63,974 nt of DNA, filler included, from Craspedostauros australis (GCA_030167865.1; 11 parts of 11 records of this genome joined end to end with filler, not necessarily neighbours in it); one strand, 5' to 3'; counted from the first letter of the whole stretch, positions 21,456-34,111 are shown. The notes: generated by a model not told the origin, from the sequence alone. A program made the numbers and translations.

Positions 21456-22954
21456 ATGAACACTGAGAAAGCCAAGAGCACCGTCAACAAAGAATTCAAT
21501 ACTCGTACCACCATGAAGGCCAACATGGGCACCACCTATGATAGCTCTGGATGTACGGAGTCGTCCTCAGCCGACACTCTGCAACAGACAACGACAACGG
21601 AGGCCAGCTCCACTATCACCCTATCGATGCCCGGACTCTCGGCTCCCAAGTCGAGTGAGACTGAGGAAACAGATTCTGTGTCTTCGTCCACGCTCGCATC
21701 GACGCCTCCGCGCGCTCCGAATCAATTTAGCGATGACTTCTTCTTCTTCGGAAGAGACGAAGAGCTGCAGCATCTGCGCAACACCCGACAGCGCATCCAC
21801 GACAACCAACCCATCTTCCCAGCTGCCTTGGTTTGGGGAACAAGCGGAACAGGCAAGTCCCTGCTCATTGAGCACTTTCTCGATCAGACATGCTGCTCCT
21901 GCGGGGTCAGAGACCAGTCAAACAAGCACTCAGATGAGCACCAAGATCCGCAGCAGGCACAACAACGATGCTCCTGCTGCTACGTGATGCGTGGAAAGTA
22001 CGACGAGTACACTGGCAGTAAAGACCCATTCTCCGCCATCATCCAAGCACTCGATGACTTTGCGACTCAGCTCCAGCAAGGGTCTGCTGATGAGCTCGAG
22101 CGAGTGCGACGATGCGTACAAAGCGCATTCGCCGCAGACACCGACGTCGCCAACCAAGACCAAGACAACATCACTCACGATGACTCGGTCAGCCAGACGC
22201 GTATCGGCACTCCGGTTCAGACCCACTCGGCCATGGCAACCTTGATCGCGGTCGTCCCATCTCTCTCTGTTCTGGTCTCCGACACTGTGGGATCATCCTC
22301 GAGTGTCATGACCGGCACATCAACTCCATCAAAGAGAAGCGTGCAGCGTGCCACATCCAACAATGACCTGAGCAATGGATCCGTATCCACCAACAGCGTG
22401 CTTGGTCACGCCATGTCGGAGATAGTTGGCGTTGGCGGAGATACCAGTATCAACGCAGCCACAGCTAACTCCCAGAGTGCATGGAACCGGCTCTGCTACA
22501 TCTTCATCCAGTTCATGAAGGCCATCTCCACTCCGCAACGACCCGTCTACCTCTTCCTTGACGATCTGCAATGGTCATCCGCAGCCGGACTGGATCTTCT
22601 GGCGTCCCTTCTCACCGACACTGGTCTCAACGACTTCATGTTGCTCGGTGCGATCCGACAGGAGACAGATCCACACAACCATCAAGCGATGGAGCTCTCG
22701 CCACATGCACCCTTGCAAACATCGTTTCTCGACCGGCTGCTGTCCCAGGATGACGTCAACGTCGACGTCAACCAGAGCACCAAACAACTGGAGCAGATCA
22801 CCCTGGGCGATTTATCCGTGACAGACTGCACCCAGTGGCTGTCTCGCCTCCTTCTTCGATCCCGTGATGACGACGACCTCAAGGTGCTGGTATCCAAGAT
22901 CCACAACAAGACCCACGGCAACGTCTACTTCACGCTCCAGGCCATCGAAGAGCT
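21456..22954 (+). CDS. STAND-class AAA ATPase (AAA_16-like), N-terminal part, truncated by gap
   Basis: FFGRDEELQHL, Walker A LVWGTSGTGKS, RGKYDEY..DPFSAI, Walker B YLFLDDLQWS and KTHGNVYF. The ORF runs into the spacer at 22955; the start codon is uncertain. Confidence 0.85.
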
Positions 22955-23054
22955 NNNNNNNNNNNNNNNNNNNNNNNNNNNNNNNNNNNNNNNNNNNNTT
23001 AATTAATTAANNNNNNNNNNNNNNNNNNNNNNNNNNNNNNNNNNNNNNNNNNNN
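22955..23054. other. Artificial contig spacer (44N-TTAATTAATTAA-44N); identical spacers at 32468, 38272, 43009, 47221, 49577, 53798, 55415, 60444 and 62113
   Basis: Ten identical 100-nt blocks. The core 12-mer puts stop codons in all six frames. Confidence 0.98.
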
Positions 23055-23065
23055 ATCCCACTCAC

Positions 23066-25588
23066 CTCGCACGGAACTCCACGCCGTGAAGCCCGCAATA
23101 TCAGCAAACAGAATGGTCGTCTCCAAGAACAGATCTGCCAATGGTTTGTCGTTGCGACCCAGCACCGATGTCGACGACGATGCATTGTCGACGTTGCCAT
23201 TCATGACGGACTTCAAGTTGGAGCGACGTCGGCGGCCGAGGTGACTGCCACCGACCAAATCGTCATCGTTCTTCTTGGCATCGCCATTCTGCTGCGCATT
23301 CAGTGCGATCAACCGATCGCGGATGTTCTCTGGGAACAAGGACGAGACGATTGCGTTGGAACGAGCTGCGTTGGCGATGAGCTTTTCGTTGCGGCGTTGC
23401 ACAAACATATCATAAACGAAGAAGACGACGGCGACGAGGACGAATGTGCACGCGATGACAGCCGCGAAGATTTCCGGGATGATCTCATCCGAATTCTTGA
23501 ACAGCTTGGTGGATGGGTAGATGTGCAGAGAGTAGCGGCAGTGTCCCGGTGTGGTTTCAAAATCCGGGTGCGTTGCGAGGGACAAGTCGTAGACTTCCTC
23601 CGAATCGTCGAAGCTACGCTCGTGGATGTCACCTGCACAGGCATAATCGAAGTGGAATGGAATCAATGGCATTGCAATGAAGTTGACATGACGTGAAATG
23701 GAGTATTATAGAATGCAAAGAAGATGAACGTGAGAACATGGCAAGGATATAACGCGGAGGACCCTGTCACTCGACACACACATGACGATTCATAAACAAC
23801 CCCACACGTACCTTCCCCAAGATAATTGACGTTGCCGCCATCGATCTCGTATGTCACAGCATCGCCGCAGGAATTCTGGATGACACACACGATGCCCTTG
23901 GCATCATCCGGCAGAACATCTCGAAAGGCCCCGTTCCAATCAATGGCAGCACCGATGACGCCCACCACATTCGTCTTCTCGAGCGTGTCATGGATCGGAA
24001 CCCAGACGACGGAATGCGGGTGATCCGCTTCGTGGCTGTGGCTGTGAACGTCGTCCTCGTTATTGCTCGTGGCATCATGCTCAAGTTCATGCTCATGCTC
24101 ATGTTCGCTATCGTGTTCATGCTCATGTTCATGCTCATCATGCGATTTCGCCTCGCGGTTGAACTCCAACTCGGATGGACGGACAGAGGTGCGCTGGGTG
24201 CTGGACGGAAAGACGTCGGCATTCGAAAAGAAAGTACCGTAGACTGTCTGCGTTTTCATTTGCAATAGCGCCTCGAGAATAGGAGCGCTCGTTGTGATGG
24301 CGTTGAAATTGATGAAGGATGCATCCAAAGGTGGTGGTGAGAACTCGAGCGCCGGTAGGTAGAGGTCTCGGTCGGTGACGTCCGGAACCGGTTGCTGCGG
24401 TTTGTCACCGATCGCGGCATCATCTGCGGCGGGATTGGATGTGCTTGCATCGATCATTGTCCATGCAGGAGCGGTGATGAAATCGTGATAGTTGTAACTG
24501 CCCGTGGCTGTCTCGGAAGTCGTCTCATTCTTCAACGCGTCGATGGTTCCATGAAAGATCCTGTGCGATTCCTGCAGATGCTCCACATAGTTCGCACCGA
24601 CGAAGTCGAGCCACTGCTGCTGCTGACTGTTCTTAACGAGATGGAAGATGGAGCAGGCTTCGGATCCCGCTTGGTCGATTGCATCGGCCGCGAAGGATTC
24701 GAATTGGGGCATGATGAAGTTGGGCCATGTTGCGTTGGTTGTGAGGGCAGTGGTGGTGAGGGAATGGGAGAGACCGCTGAAGGCCTTCAGCAAGCTCTCC
24801 TGTCGCATCATGGCCGAGTCGCCGATCGTGAATGCGAATTGTTCGAACTATAGTCGTTGGGAGAGTGGTGACATAGGTAATGGATGGTATAGTGAGGAGT
24901 GTATACAGTAGATTGTGTGAGTGGACTATGGCATGGTATCTTTCGTTTCACGTATTATATGTGAGTGTGCACAGATACGAAAGCCGATAGAGTGGGACAG
25001 TCCGCGAACAATGAAGATACATAGGTACAGCACATACGGACGAGCTTGCCGCGACCACACACCGCGATAGCTCTCACACATACTCACCGTCGTTTCGAAA
25101 GACCGCCGCTGTGCGCTCTGCAAGAAGGAGTAGGTCGTCAAGGTGACAGCCACAGCCGTCAGCAACAGCACACCCGTCACGGCGAATCGCCACACGATGA
25201 CATTGATCGTATCCTTGCGTGCGACATCGCGGATCTCCTGCACTTCGTCACGTTTGCGGTGGCTGTGACGTGTCATCTTATTGTTGTTGTTGTTGTTGTT
25301 GTCGTCGTGACTGCTGAGGCTGCTGTCGTCGCTGCTGCTGTAATCGGAGCCTTCCGTGCTGCGGATGCCATCCGATTCGGGCTTGTCGTCACCGCGATAC
25401 ATGTGGCCTCTGATGCGTCGTTTGGATTTGTTTTGTATGGGTTGTCGTGGTCTTTGTTGCGGCCGCTGGTGCTGTTGTTGCTGTTGTTGTTGATGATGTG
25501 ATTGTGATTGAGTGGGCAGGGCTCTCCTGGACGAAGCACGTCCAGCCATGGCATGCCTGTTGTCGTGACTGTTGCTGTTCGGAACCAT
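23066..25588 (-). CDS. Receptor-type adenylate/guanylate cyclase, 5' part (exons 25588-25088, 24847-23812, 23632-23066), truncated by gap
   Basis: TM1 WRFAVTGVLLLTAVAV, CHASE-like extracellular region (NATWPNF; NSCGDAVTYEIDG..YLGEG|DIHE), TM2, RSNAIVSSLFPENIRDRL and PLADLFLETTILFADIAGFTAWSSVR. GT-AG introns 25087-24848 and 23811-23633 keep the frame; a further donor sits at 23065. Start is uncertain. Confidence 0.88.
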
Positions 25589-28500
25589 GCTGCGGATAGA
25601 TCGTACTCGAGGCAGACAGAGCTCTGTTGGGGGCAGTTGCACGAGGGTGGCAGTGGCGCAAGGAAGAAAGGAAGCAAGCACCTGCTTCCGTCTGTGTACT
25701 TGTGCTGCGATGCACCCGCAGAGGTACTCTTGTGGAGAATATGGTCTTATACAATCACCAGCAACCTTGAAGATGACGCAGGTATGGGTTCTGTTAGAAC
25801 TGCCGATTTCTGCAGCGGAATGTTGAGTTGATATTCAGAACGGCTGCTGATGGTGTTAGTACTTTGAGTGATGGATACTCTGCTTTGTGTCCACTGGGGA
25901 GGATCTATGGATTGGATGAATGGACGCAATCTTTGGAGAACGTCTCCTTGTGAAGGTGCAGATGATCAATCGCATGCAAGGTACTTGCGACGAGGGTAGT
26001 GCTCTGCGACGATTAGACTGTGCCTTTGGATTGCGGAAGGCTCGTGGGCTGCAAAAGTGTCGTGGATCTTCAAAAAATGGACTGGGGAGGTGAGGGGCAG
26101 ATCGTTCGGTTCGTCCAATTCACAACCAAGGTGGAGGTCGGCGGAGATGGGCGGAGATCAATGTGGTTGAATCCAATGTTGCTGGTGCGTGTATGTATTG
26201 GAACCTCCTGCAGTGATGTTGGAGATGGATGCTGCGTTGTGACTGCTTCCTTTTCCTCCCTGGCATACGGCTTGAGTGAACGTGAGGAATGGATGCATGG
26301 GTGTGGAGCCAAACGTCGAAGTAGAAGCGCATCGGAGTATCGGCCTCAACGCTGTTTGCAAAGCGTTATCAGCATCAGCGCTGTTCCGCGAACATTAATT
26401 TTGTGGCGCCGCAACGAACCCAATCGCAGATGCTATTCACACACAGCTGAAGCACAGCGAAGTTCCGAACTCCACCCAACACACAAATTGGGCAGCGTGA
26501 CGCGAACACAATTGTGCCCGCCAATTCTGGGAACTTTTTTCACCACAGCTCGCGGCGAGTTTCCGACTTTGTGACCGGCCCATTGTATCACTTCGCCTGA
26601 TGTCAACGTGGTGGCCTTCCAATGACATTTCCAAGCGCACTTGGTTTCCGCAACAAGCGAAAACGCGATTTAATTAGCCAATCGCTGGGCGTTTTTCCGT
26701 TGAATGAGCACGACCATCACGTTGTTTGAAGCTATTGATTTATCCTATTTGAGAAGCGCAGCAACTACATGGCTATTTGTTGTGGACTTCTTTCTTTTCT
26801 CTGTTCGCTGGAGGTGTTCATTCCGGTTTCTTTGTGTGTCGCGTTCGGACTCCACAAGACACCTTGCGGACAAGAAGTACAATAAAATACGAATACCGTG
26901 TTTGCATTGTCTCATTTTCGTCCAAGGGTACGCAGTCACGAAAAACGCTAAGAGTGGTGGTTGTGGTAGAGTATCCTCCATGGGCCTGGACGACCTGCTC
27001 TTCTTCGCACAGTGCATTTGGATCACAAACCTCTGCGAAACGCCTCCTGCTTGGTCTGTTCTTGTTACATCCACTGCGTGGGGCCATGTGTTGGCCACCA
27101 TGACGATCTCCGAGGCGTTGGTTGCAGACCATGAACTGTTTGACTGGCATGGACAAGGCTGATACGTACGAGCGATGATGCCCAATCGTTCGAACTGAAA
27201 CCGCACCACGGCATTGCTCAAAGCCGCAAAACACAAGCAAAGTCAAGGCTGGTATCGGAACAGCCCCACGGTCCCAACACGTTGTGCTTCTCGAGGTATA
27301 GCATAAGTATTGATGGGACCAGCCAACTTGATGCGAGAAACGAATCGCCCCAAGTGTCCATTAGCGGGTTCGTCGTGGTGCCTTGTGTGGGAGACAGATG
27401 TCATCCGTGGGGTATTGTAATCGATCGTGTGGTATCAAGTCTTGCTTCATCGAATTGCATTCATCTCACTTGTTTTTCGGAACTTCTGACTCGATGGTAC
27501 CACAATGCTGCAACGAACGAGCAATAACATGCATCTCTGGCCCTGTGTCGTGCGAAACAAAAACGATTCTGACCAACTCTTTGGAACATGGCTCCAATCG
27601 CAATTGTATTCTGCTCTATGACAGTATTCGAATGAGAACAACAATACTCCACGACTACATAACTCGTAATCGAACGACTTCTGTTTGACGGCGACCATTG
27701 TCAACCATTCTCTCCGGCAGCGTCAACAACTGTCCAGGATGACATGCATTCTCGTTCCTGGATCAATGTTTCGCCTTGCTCTTTGGTCAGAAAGCAGATC
27801 ACGGAAACTGCCATGTTCTGTGTGGTGTGCACAAACCAAACCATGAGCGATACCTGTGTGAACAATGGAATCTGAACTCGTGCAGAGTAGAGTGCTTGTT
27901 TACGGCTACGAACCACAGACAACGGAAGGGGCCACAGCACCAAATCGATCGCTGTTGTCACACGTACGACCTTTCAGCCGTCGGATGCAAACGGCGATCT
28001 GCGGCGCGTAAGCGTTGCCATGGCAAAAAGTTGCGCACGAGTAGAACCATTCAGAAAGACCTGGCGGGGAATTGATCCATGAGAGCGCTTGCTGACAAGT
28101 GAGATCTTGTCATGCGTCCGGTCAAGGACAAGTGGAGTGCTCGTATTCCCTTTGCTCCACCCTGCAATCCGTCAAGAGATGAAAGCCACCAACATTGACG
28201 CATACCCGCGACATCTGTGGTCGTATTGTGCATGGATCGGAGTTCTCCTCCATGTTCTGCATTGCTCTATCGCACGAATAATCGAAGATAATGCAGTTCT
28301 CGAACCGCCGCGCAAGTTATGTACTCTACGAGTACGCACGAGCTTGTATTACCAACTATGGGACGACATCACTTCCAATGCTCCAGCGACTTTTGATGAA
28401 CCTCCCTTGTAAACCCTCGCGGCTGTTGTCCCGTGTTTCTTTGGGGGTTTGTTCATTGTTCATTGTTCATTGTCCGTTGTTGGTGCGGCGGGGGTTCGCT

Positions 28501-28850
28501 GTGTGTGATGATGTGTGTCGAACCGAACAGGAATTAACAAAAAAAAGTTGGAATACTGCCGTAAATCCCAACGTTCTACAACAATGAACATAGACAATAT
28601 CTCCCAACCATCCAAACAATCGCTGGCGCCGCACAGAAGATCACCCGATTCGTTGTATCCGTGCAGACTCTATTTGTATGTTCAAAGCCATTATATGATA
28701 TCCATGAGACATAAAATAATATGATAACATATAATATCATATTATAATTCATGCACATTCACTACTCTATGCTATGTTATGCAATCTGGAAGCAACTACT
28801 CTAACTACAATGTCTTCAACTTGTCAGGCCTGTTCATGTGAAGTGTCAAC

Positions 28851-30071
28851 TCACCTGATGGGAACGAACCGAATGTATTGGGTGTCCCGCCGCAAGCATC
28901 CGTTGCTCTGCGTTGCGTACTCGATCGCGCATCGAAATTTCTTCACCATCAAATCATTGACCTCGTTGTGCGTCGCAGCCTTGATGTTTGCCAATTCCTT
29001 GGGCGGAATGATGAAGTTGTTGAAGAACAAGACAGTCAACACCGCAGCGTGAATCACCGCCACAAACAAGGTAAGGGCGTGATGGAAACGGAACAAGGCG
29101 AAGATGGCGAAGGAGCCATACCCAATGTACGGGAATATCTTCACACATCGATACCAATTTGCTCTCTTCTGGTAAAAATAGACCATGTTCACCTTCACGT
29201 ACATCGCTCGGACGATGCCCCAGATGATCTCGAGCTGTTCCTGCGAAAGTTGTATCAACCCAGCGGTGGCGCTGTTGTGGATTGCATTCCAAGGCACGTG
29301 ATGTATGCTCAGCATGTGCGAAGGGCGATATCCACCCACATGGATCGATGGTGACGCATCCTCGAACAGCATGCTTGGCTGCTGCTGCGGCATACTGTCC
29401 GCCGTGTCCTGGCTGACGGTCGCTTCCATCGTGGCACCCGCAATCAGTTCCAGCGATGCGGATGGTGCTATCCTGCGGATGTGGTAGAACTTCCGGTACT
29501 CTGCACGTTTGGGTCGCATTGCCATGCACGCGATGGAATAGCCCGCTCGATTGAATGGGACGATCAGTGTCTCACGCGTCATATGCAGGATGTCGCTGCA
29601 TGCAGCCTTCGCGGCCACGTGGGAGCTGTACATGTAGCCGATGATGATGACAACGGCAACAGTCGGCAGCGTGAGGTCGTATGCCATGATTGCCAGCGTT
29701 GGCATGAAGGGTGCGGCCCAGCCCATGGCGTAGAGCAGCAGTGCCAATAACAACAACACGTTTTGCGTTGCATCCAAGCACGGACGCGGTCTATGCAGCG
29801 CAACCGTGGTGTGGTACGCCAGCTTGCTGCGCAATCGCACATCGATGTCATTGGGCAAATGATCGCCTGTCAGATCGTGAGATCCGCCATAGCTCTCCTG
29901 AAAGATAATGTTCCAGCTATCTGCTTCGTTGCTGTCTTCCATGGGAGCGGACAGTCCATTGGGATCATCCTCGGTAATAGCGCGAGCGGGGGTTTCTGCA
30001 TTGGCGGGTGATGCATGCGAGTGTTGCTGGTACGCCGCATCGTCTGCATTCGTGCTGGCGGATGCCCCCAT
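28851..30071 (-). CDS. Hypothetical membrane protein with two paired-TM modules
   Basis: 406-aa ORF with two hydrophobic hairpins, each followed by a similar-length polar segment. N-terminus is MGASAS. Confidence 0.6.
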   Translation of the reverse strand: MGASASTNADDAAYQQHSHASPANAETPARAITEDDPNGLSAPMEDSNEADSWNIIFQESYGGSHDLTGDHLPNDIDVRLRSKLAYHTTVALHRPRPCLDATQNVLLLLALLLYAMGWAAPFMPTLAIMAYDLTLPTVAVVIIIGYMYSSHVAAKAACSDILHMTRETLIVPFNRAGYSIACMAMRPKRAEYRKFYHIRRIAPSASLELIAGATMEATVSQDTADSMPQQQPSMLFEDASPSIHVGGYRPSHMLSIHHVPWNAIHNSATAGLIQLSQEQLEIIWGIVRAMYVKVNMVYFYQKRANWYRCVKIFPYIGYGSFAIFALFRFHHALTLFVAVIHAAVLTVLFFNNFIIPPKELANIKAATHNEVNDLMVKKFRCAIEYATQSNGCLRRDTQYIRFVPIR

Positions 30072-30997
30072 GTCGCTCTACTCTCTCCTTCCGCAGCGCC
30101 TGCTGCTGCTGCTGCTGCAGGTGGTATTGTCGGTCTCTTTCGAAAGTGTGTCATGCTGCATGAGGCTGACATGCGCCGCCTTGCATGCTTCTGCTTCATT
30201 CTCCATTGCCATTGCGTTTGTTGGGTATGTTGGTGTTGTTGAAGGGGGCAGCAAGAGAGAAGGAGGCGAAAGCGCCTTTCCATCCACGTTCGCGCTAAAC
30301 CTGTGTCAAGGGCAGTGTGCCATGGCTCGTGCCCATCCCCTTCCAACGCACGTGGCCACCTTTGGCCTCAACGAAGATTGTCGCAGTTGTATGCGCAACC
30401 GTTTCTCCCCATCATTCGCCATCGTGCCCTTCTCGGCGGCAGTTATGACGCGAATTCAATGTTTGCGCGATGTTGAGACCAACAGAAAAGCAACAAAACT
30501 GGAGCGAAATCTATAGATTCGCGGAAGATAATTTCGATTTTGAAGCACTATTCTCTATATCAATGATGTTTCTGTCAATGTGCACATCCAATTCCGAAAA
30601 GGAAGAATCTCTGCCTGTTTTTGGTAAAACCAGCCTTTGAGCCTGTTCATGACTGGCATTCACGGATTGATGGATGATACCATGCTGATGCCAAGAGACC
30701 AGACCGTGTCACCTGGTCGGACGCATAGAGAGCTCCGATACATTTGTTTCACAACTTGCAGTGTCGCACGTGCTATCAGTAGAGCTTGGATCACCATGTG
30801 ATGCCCCGTTCCGTGATAATGGAGATCACAGATGGAGCAACTGCAATCGTCCGGGAATCCTAACTTCATCTGCTCCTGTGCAAACCTCATTGTGTACGAG
30901 AATCAAGTGACGTTTCACAAGTACCATACGAATGCAAATGCGCCCATCACATCTCACTTCCCCGTCCCGAATCTCAGGCTCTTCCCCCTTCATCTCC

Positions 30998-32441
30998 TCA
31001 TGGCGACGGACCATCATCCCCCTTCGCGCCCTCGCTCTGCGTCTTGGCCATCTTCGCTGCCATCTCCGCAATGACCTCCTTGCCCCTGCGCTCCCATTCG
31101 TTGCGGTTGGCCAACGCGTAGTTCAGATATTCGTCGCTCGAAATGCCGAACACACCGCAATCCTTCAGCTTCTTCGCCAATGGAATGATGTAATAATCGA
31201 AGAACCCGATCTCCCCCTTGTACCAGTTGTCCAGCGGATTCTGCTCTGCGCGACCGGCCAGGTACGATGCGTAGCACTCCTGGAAGAACCGTTCGTTCCA
31301 CTTGCGATACACGTGCCAGTGCTGCATGGTGTGGGCGACGTCGGAAGCCTGGATCAAGTGCTCGATCACGATGGTCGCCTTGCGGTTCACGCTGTCTCCG
31401 AATCGGCTTTCCTCTTCAGCGAGAGACGTGGCACCCTTGAAGGCCTTGTCCCAACGGGCGTTGCGCAACGCCTTCAGATCCTTGTCGGCGATATCAGTCG
31501 CCATCACGGCGTTCACAACCAGCTGGCGGAAGCGCGTGAGCTCGGCCCCCGTCTCGCAGATGATGGATCGCAATTCATCGTACTCATCCAGCATCAGCAG
31601 ATCCCACGCCAACACCAACGAGTTCTGCTCTGCCACACTCCGGTTGTTGTAGACAGAGGCGATGCGGGTGCCCTCCTTGATGAGCTGCGCATTTGGAACT
31701 CCGCAATGATCAACATCATGGATCAGCGCTGCGAATGCGCATGCGAACTGCGTCAACGGATCTGACGTGATGCCGTAGGTGTGATCATGCAACGTCGCCA
31801 CCACTTGGCTCGTTTCGGAACCCTGCGTCTTGTCGAGCAGATCCGATGGGCCCACGATCCGCGAAAGGAGCTTGATGACGGACATGGTCACGTGAGAGGC
31901 GTGGTCGAAGTTGTGGAATGCGTTGCCTTGGTACATGCTGGCGATCATGCTGACGTAGCTGCGCAACTGCTCGACGACGACTGGCGAAATCTTCACCGTT
32001 TCAGGATCCTGCTGTCGCAAGGCCACCTTTTTGTCGAATGCTGGCAACCTGATGATCTCCTGCACCTCGTCCAATGGCATGAACTGATCGTTGGACATTG
32101 CTCGGATGATGCCGTTCGAACTAGTTCGACGACTCCCCGACTGCTTCCGATGAGGGACGGTTTGAGCAGCCTCACGTCGCGCGACTATCTGTTTGATGAG
32201 CTGCAGAAGCATTTCGACGTTCCAGCCGACCAACCGCAGTGACCGTGCATCCAGGCCACTCTCAGTGCTCATGGACTGACGGGAATCTGATGCATCGTGG
32301 CCGCTCTGGTTGGTCGAGTACATTCCTTTGTCGGAGGCACGGTGTCGGGAAGTGATCGGTGGTTGCGCGGGTGCGGACGGGGTGTTGGTGGATGAGGAAT
32401 CCGTCTTGTCCTCCATGGCCATACCAGAATCGATCCAGTAC
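30998..32441 (-). CDS. Last exon of a cyclase-phosphodiesterase gene (class I PDE/HD domain); 5' part lost in gap
   Basis: Acceptor cag|G TAC TGG gives YW, the usual end of the cyclase domain. Then FHNFDHASHV, IHDVDHCGVPN (HDxxHxGxxN), EHLIQASDVAHTMQHW and WYKGEIGFFDYYIIPLAKKL. Confidence 0.9.
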
Positions 32442-32665
32442 CTGATTGTGCATGAGAGCGAGATGAANNNNNNNNNNNNNNNNNNNNNNNNNNNNNNNNN
32501 NNNNNNNNNNNTTAATTAATTAANNNNNNNNNNNNNNNNNNNNNNNNNNNNNNNNNNNNNNNNNNNNACAAAAGCAGGCACTTGAAGAGCAGTACGCACA
32601 ATGCCACTTCCAGAGTCGGCCGAACTATCACAGCCGGGAGGCATGACGGTGCCAGAAATGATGGA

Positions 32666-34111
32666 ATGGAAAAGCTGACGGCCAAGGCGATCCTCACCTA
32701 CGTCTTCATCATCGTTTGCTTCGTCGCCAATCTCAAGGTGCTCAGCCTCAGCGATTCGCCGGTCTATGTCATTGAACAGCAGGGACATGATGGCTATGAT
32801 GCTCAAAGTCCCGCTGAACTTCACAGCGATATGGCGTCCGATCCCTCACATGCCAGTAGCAGCAAAGAAAGGCCCAGGATAGCCCTCCTGGCGTCATTCG
32901 TGCCGCAACTTCAACCAAACGGCAAACTCAGCACGCTCAAGGAATTCGACAACGTCGTCAACAAGGCCTGCTACGCCAACATCTGGGGATACGACTTCGT
33001 CTTCAACATGACGGCCGACTACACGCAGCAGCAGAAGAAGAAGGCACCGTGGCTCAACTTTGGAGCGTGGAATCGCGTCCCGCAATCGCAAGCCCTGCTG
33101 CACAACTACGACTGGATCCTGTACGGCGATCTGGATCACGTCTTTCGCGATATGTCACGGCCCTTGGAATCCTTCCTGCGTGAATTCGAGCTCTACAACC
33201 AAACGCCCAGCGTCTTCCTGCCCACCGACAACAAGCCGCGGCACTTCACCTTCTCCACCTACGCGTACTTGATCAAGAACTCGCCGTTTGGTCACAGCCT
33301 GCTGGAGAATTGGCATAAATTCGCTCTTGGTCTATGTCCCAAAGGCAATTTCCCAGCGACACACAGAAACGGAGTGCTCAAATACGGTTGGGAACACAGT
33401 GGTACGTGTCTGCGTGCATGACACTCTGTTAATTTCTTGCGGAAGCCCTTCGTCAGTGTTTGTTGGCTTCCTTGTTTGTTACTTGAAGACCATCTCATGA
33501 ATGGAGCATGTAATCATTGCATCAAATATGCGAGTGTTACAGCGTTGCTCTGTCCAACCTCTCACAACTCAATTGCTCCAACCATTGGCTTCTCCGACCG
33601 TTTCTGAATCTGAAATTCGCCGACATGCAATCAAACCATATGCATGGCAGATCAACCTGGGCTGTGGTACGCCCTGGTGCAAACATACGAGGACTACTAT
33701 CACACCGGCATCATGGAGAAAGTTTGCAACAGCACCACTGGCTACATCGACACGGACAGAGCGTACGGACCCGAAACCAACCAATACTTCCGCAAGAATA
33801 ACATCATCCAAGGTCATGCTCGCAGGCACCTTATGGTAATGAAGGACCAGCCCATCATCTGGTCCACGACGAGACTAGAAAGGTCATCGCACGATTACGG
33901 CGGCCTCGGTTTGCAACTGAATTTCAACACGGAACGCAACGACACGCGTGTCGAATATGCCTTCGCCATGCATAAAAACAGCGACATGGGCACAGATTTC
34001 AAAATTGAAGTCGAGTACTGCAAGAAGGTGCACGGCTGCTATGCGCGGTACGACAGGGACAACAAGCTGGAAATTGGCTGCAAAGGTAGAAAATTCACGG
34101 TCGTGCAATGA
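32666..34111 (+). CDS. Type II membrane glycosyltransferase, GT34 (GMA12/MNN10)-like, copy A1; exons 32666-33401 and 33651-34111
   Basis: N-terminal TM, NKACYANIWGYDF, WNRVP, YDWILYGDLD (DxD). Intron 33402-33650 (GT-AG) restores WEHS-D-QPGLW. The frame is open upstream to the gap, so the start may be earlier. Confidence 0.78.

Noticed and set aside
22999..23010. Recurrent TTAATTAATTAA flanked by N as a biological repeat or CRISPR-like array
   Set aside because: It is identical, always centred in exactly 88 N and has stops in six frames, so it is a synthetic contig linker.
25700..28700. Short ORFs in the 3-kb region upstream of the cyclase gene, and in 34450-36850
   Set aside because: None has recognisable motifs, coding-like composition or consistent splice structure, so they are treated as intergenic.
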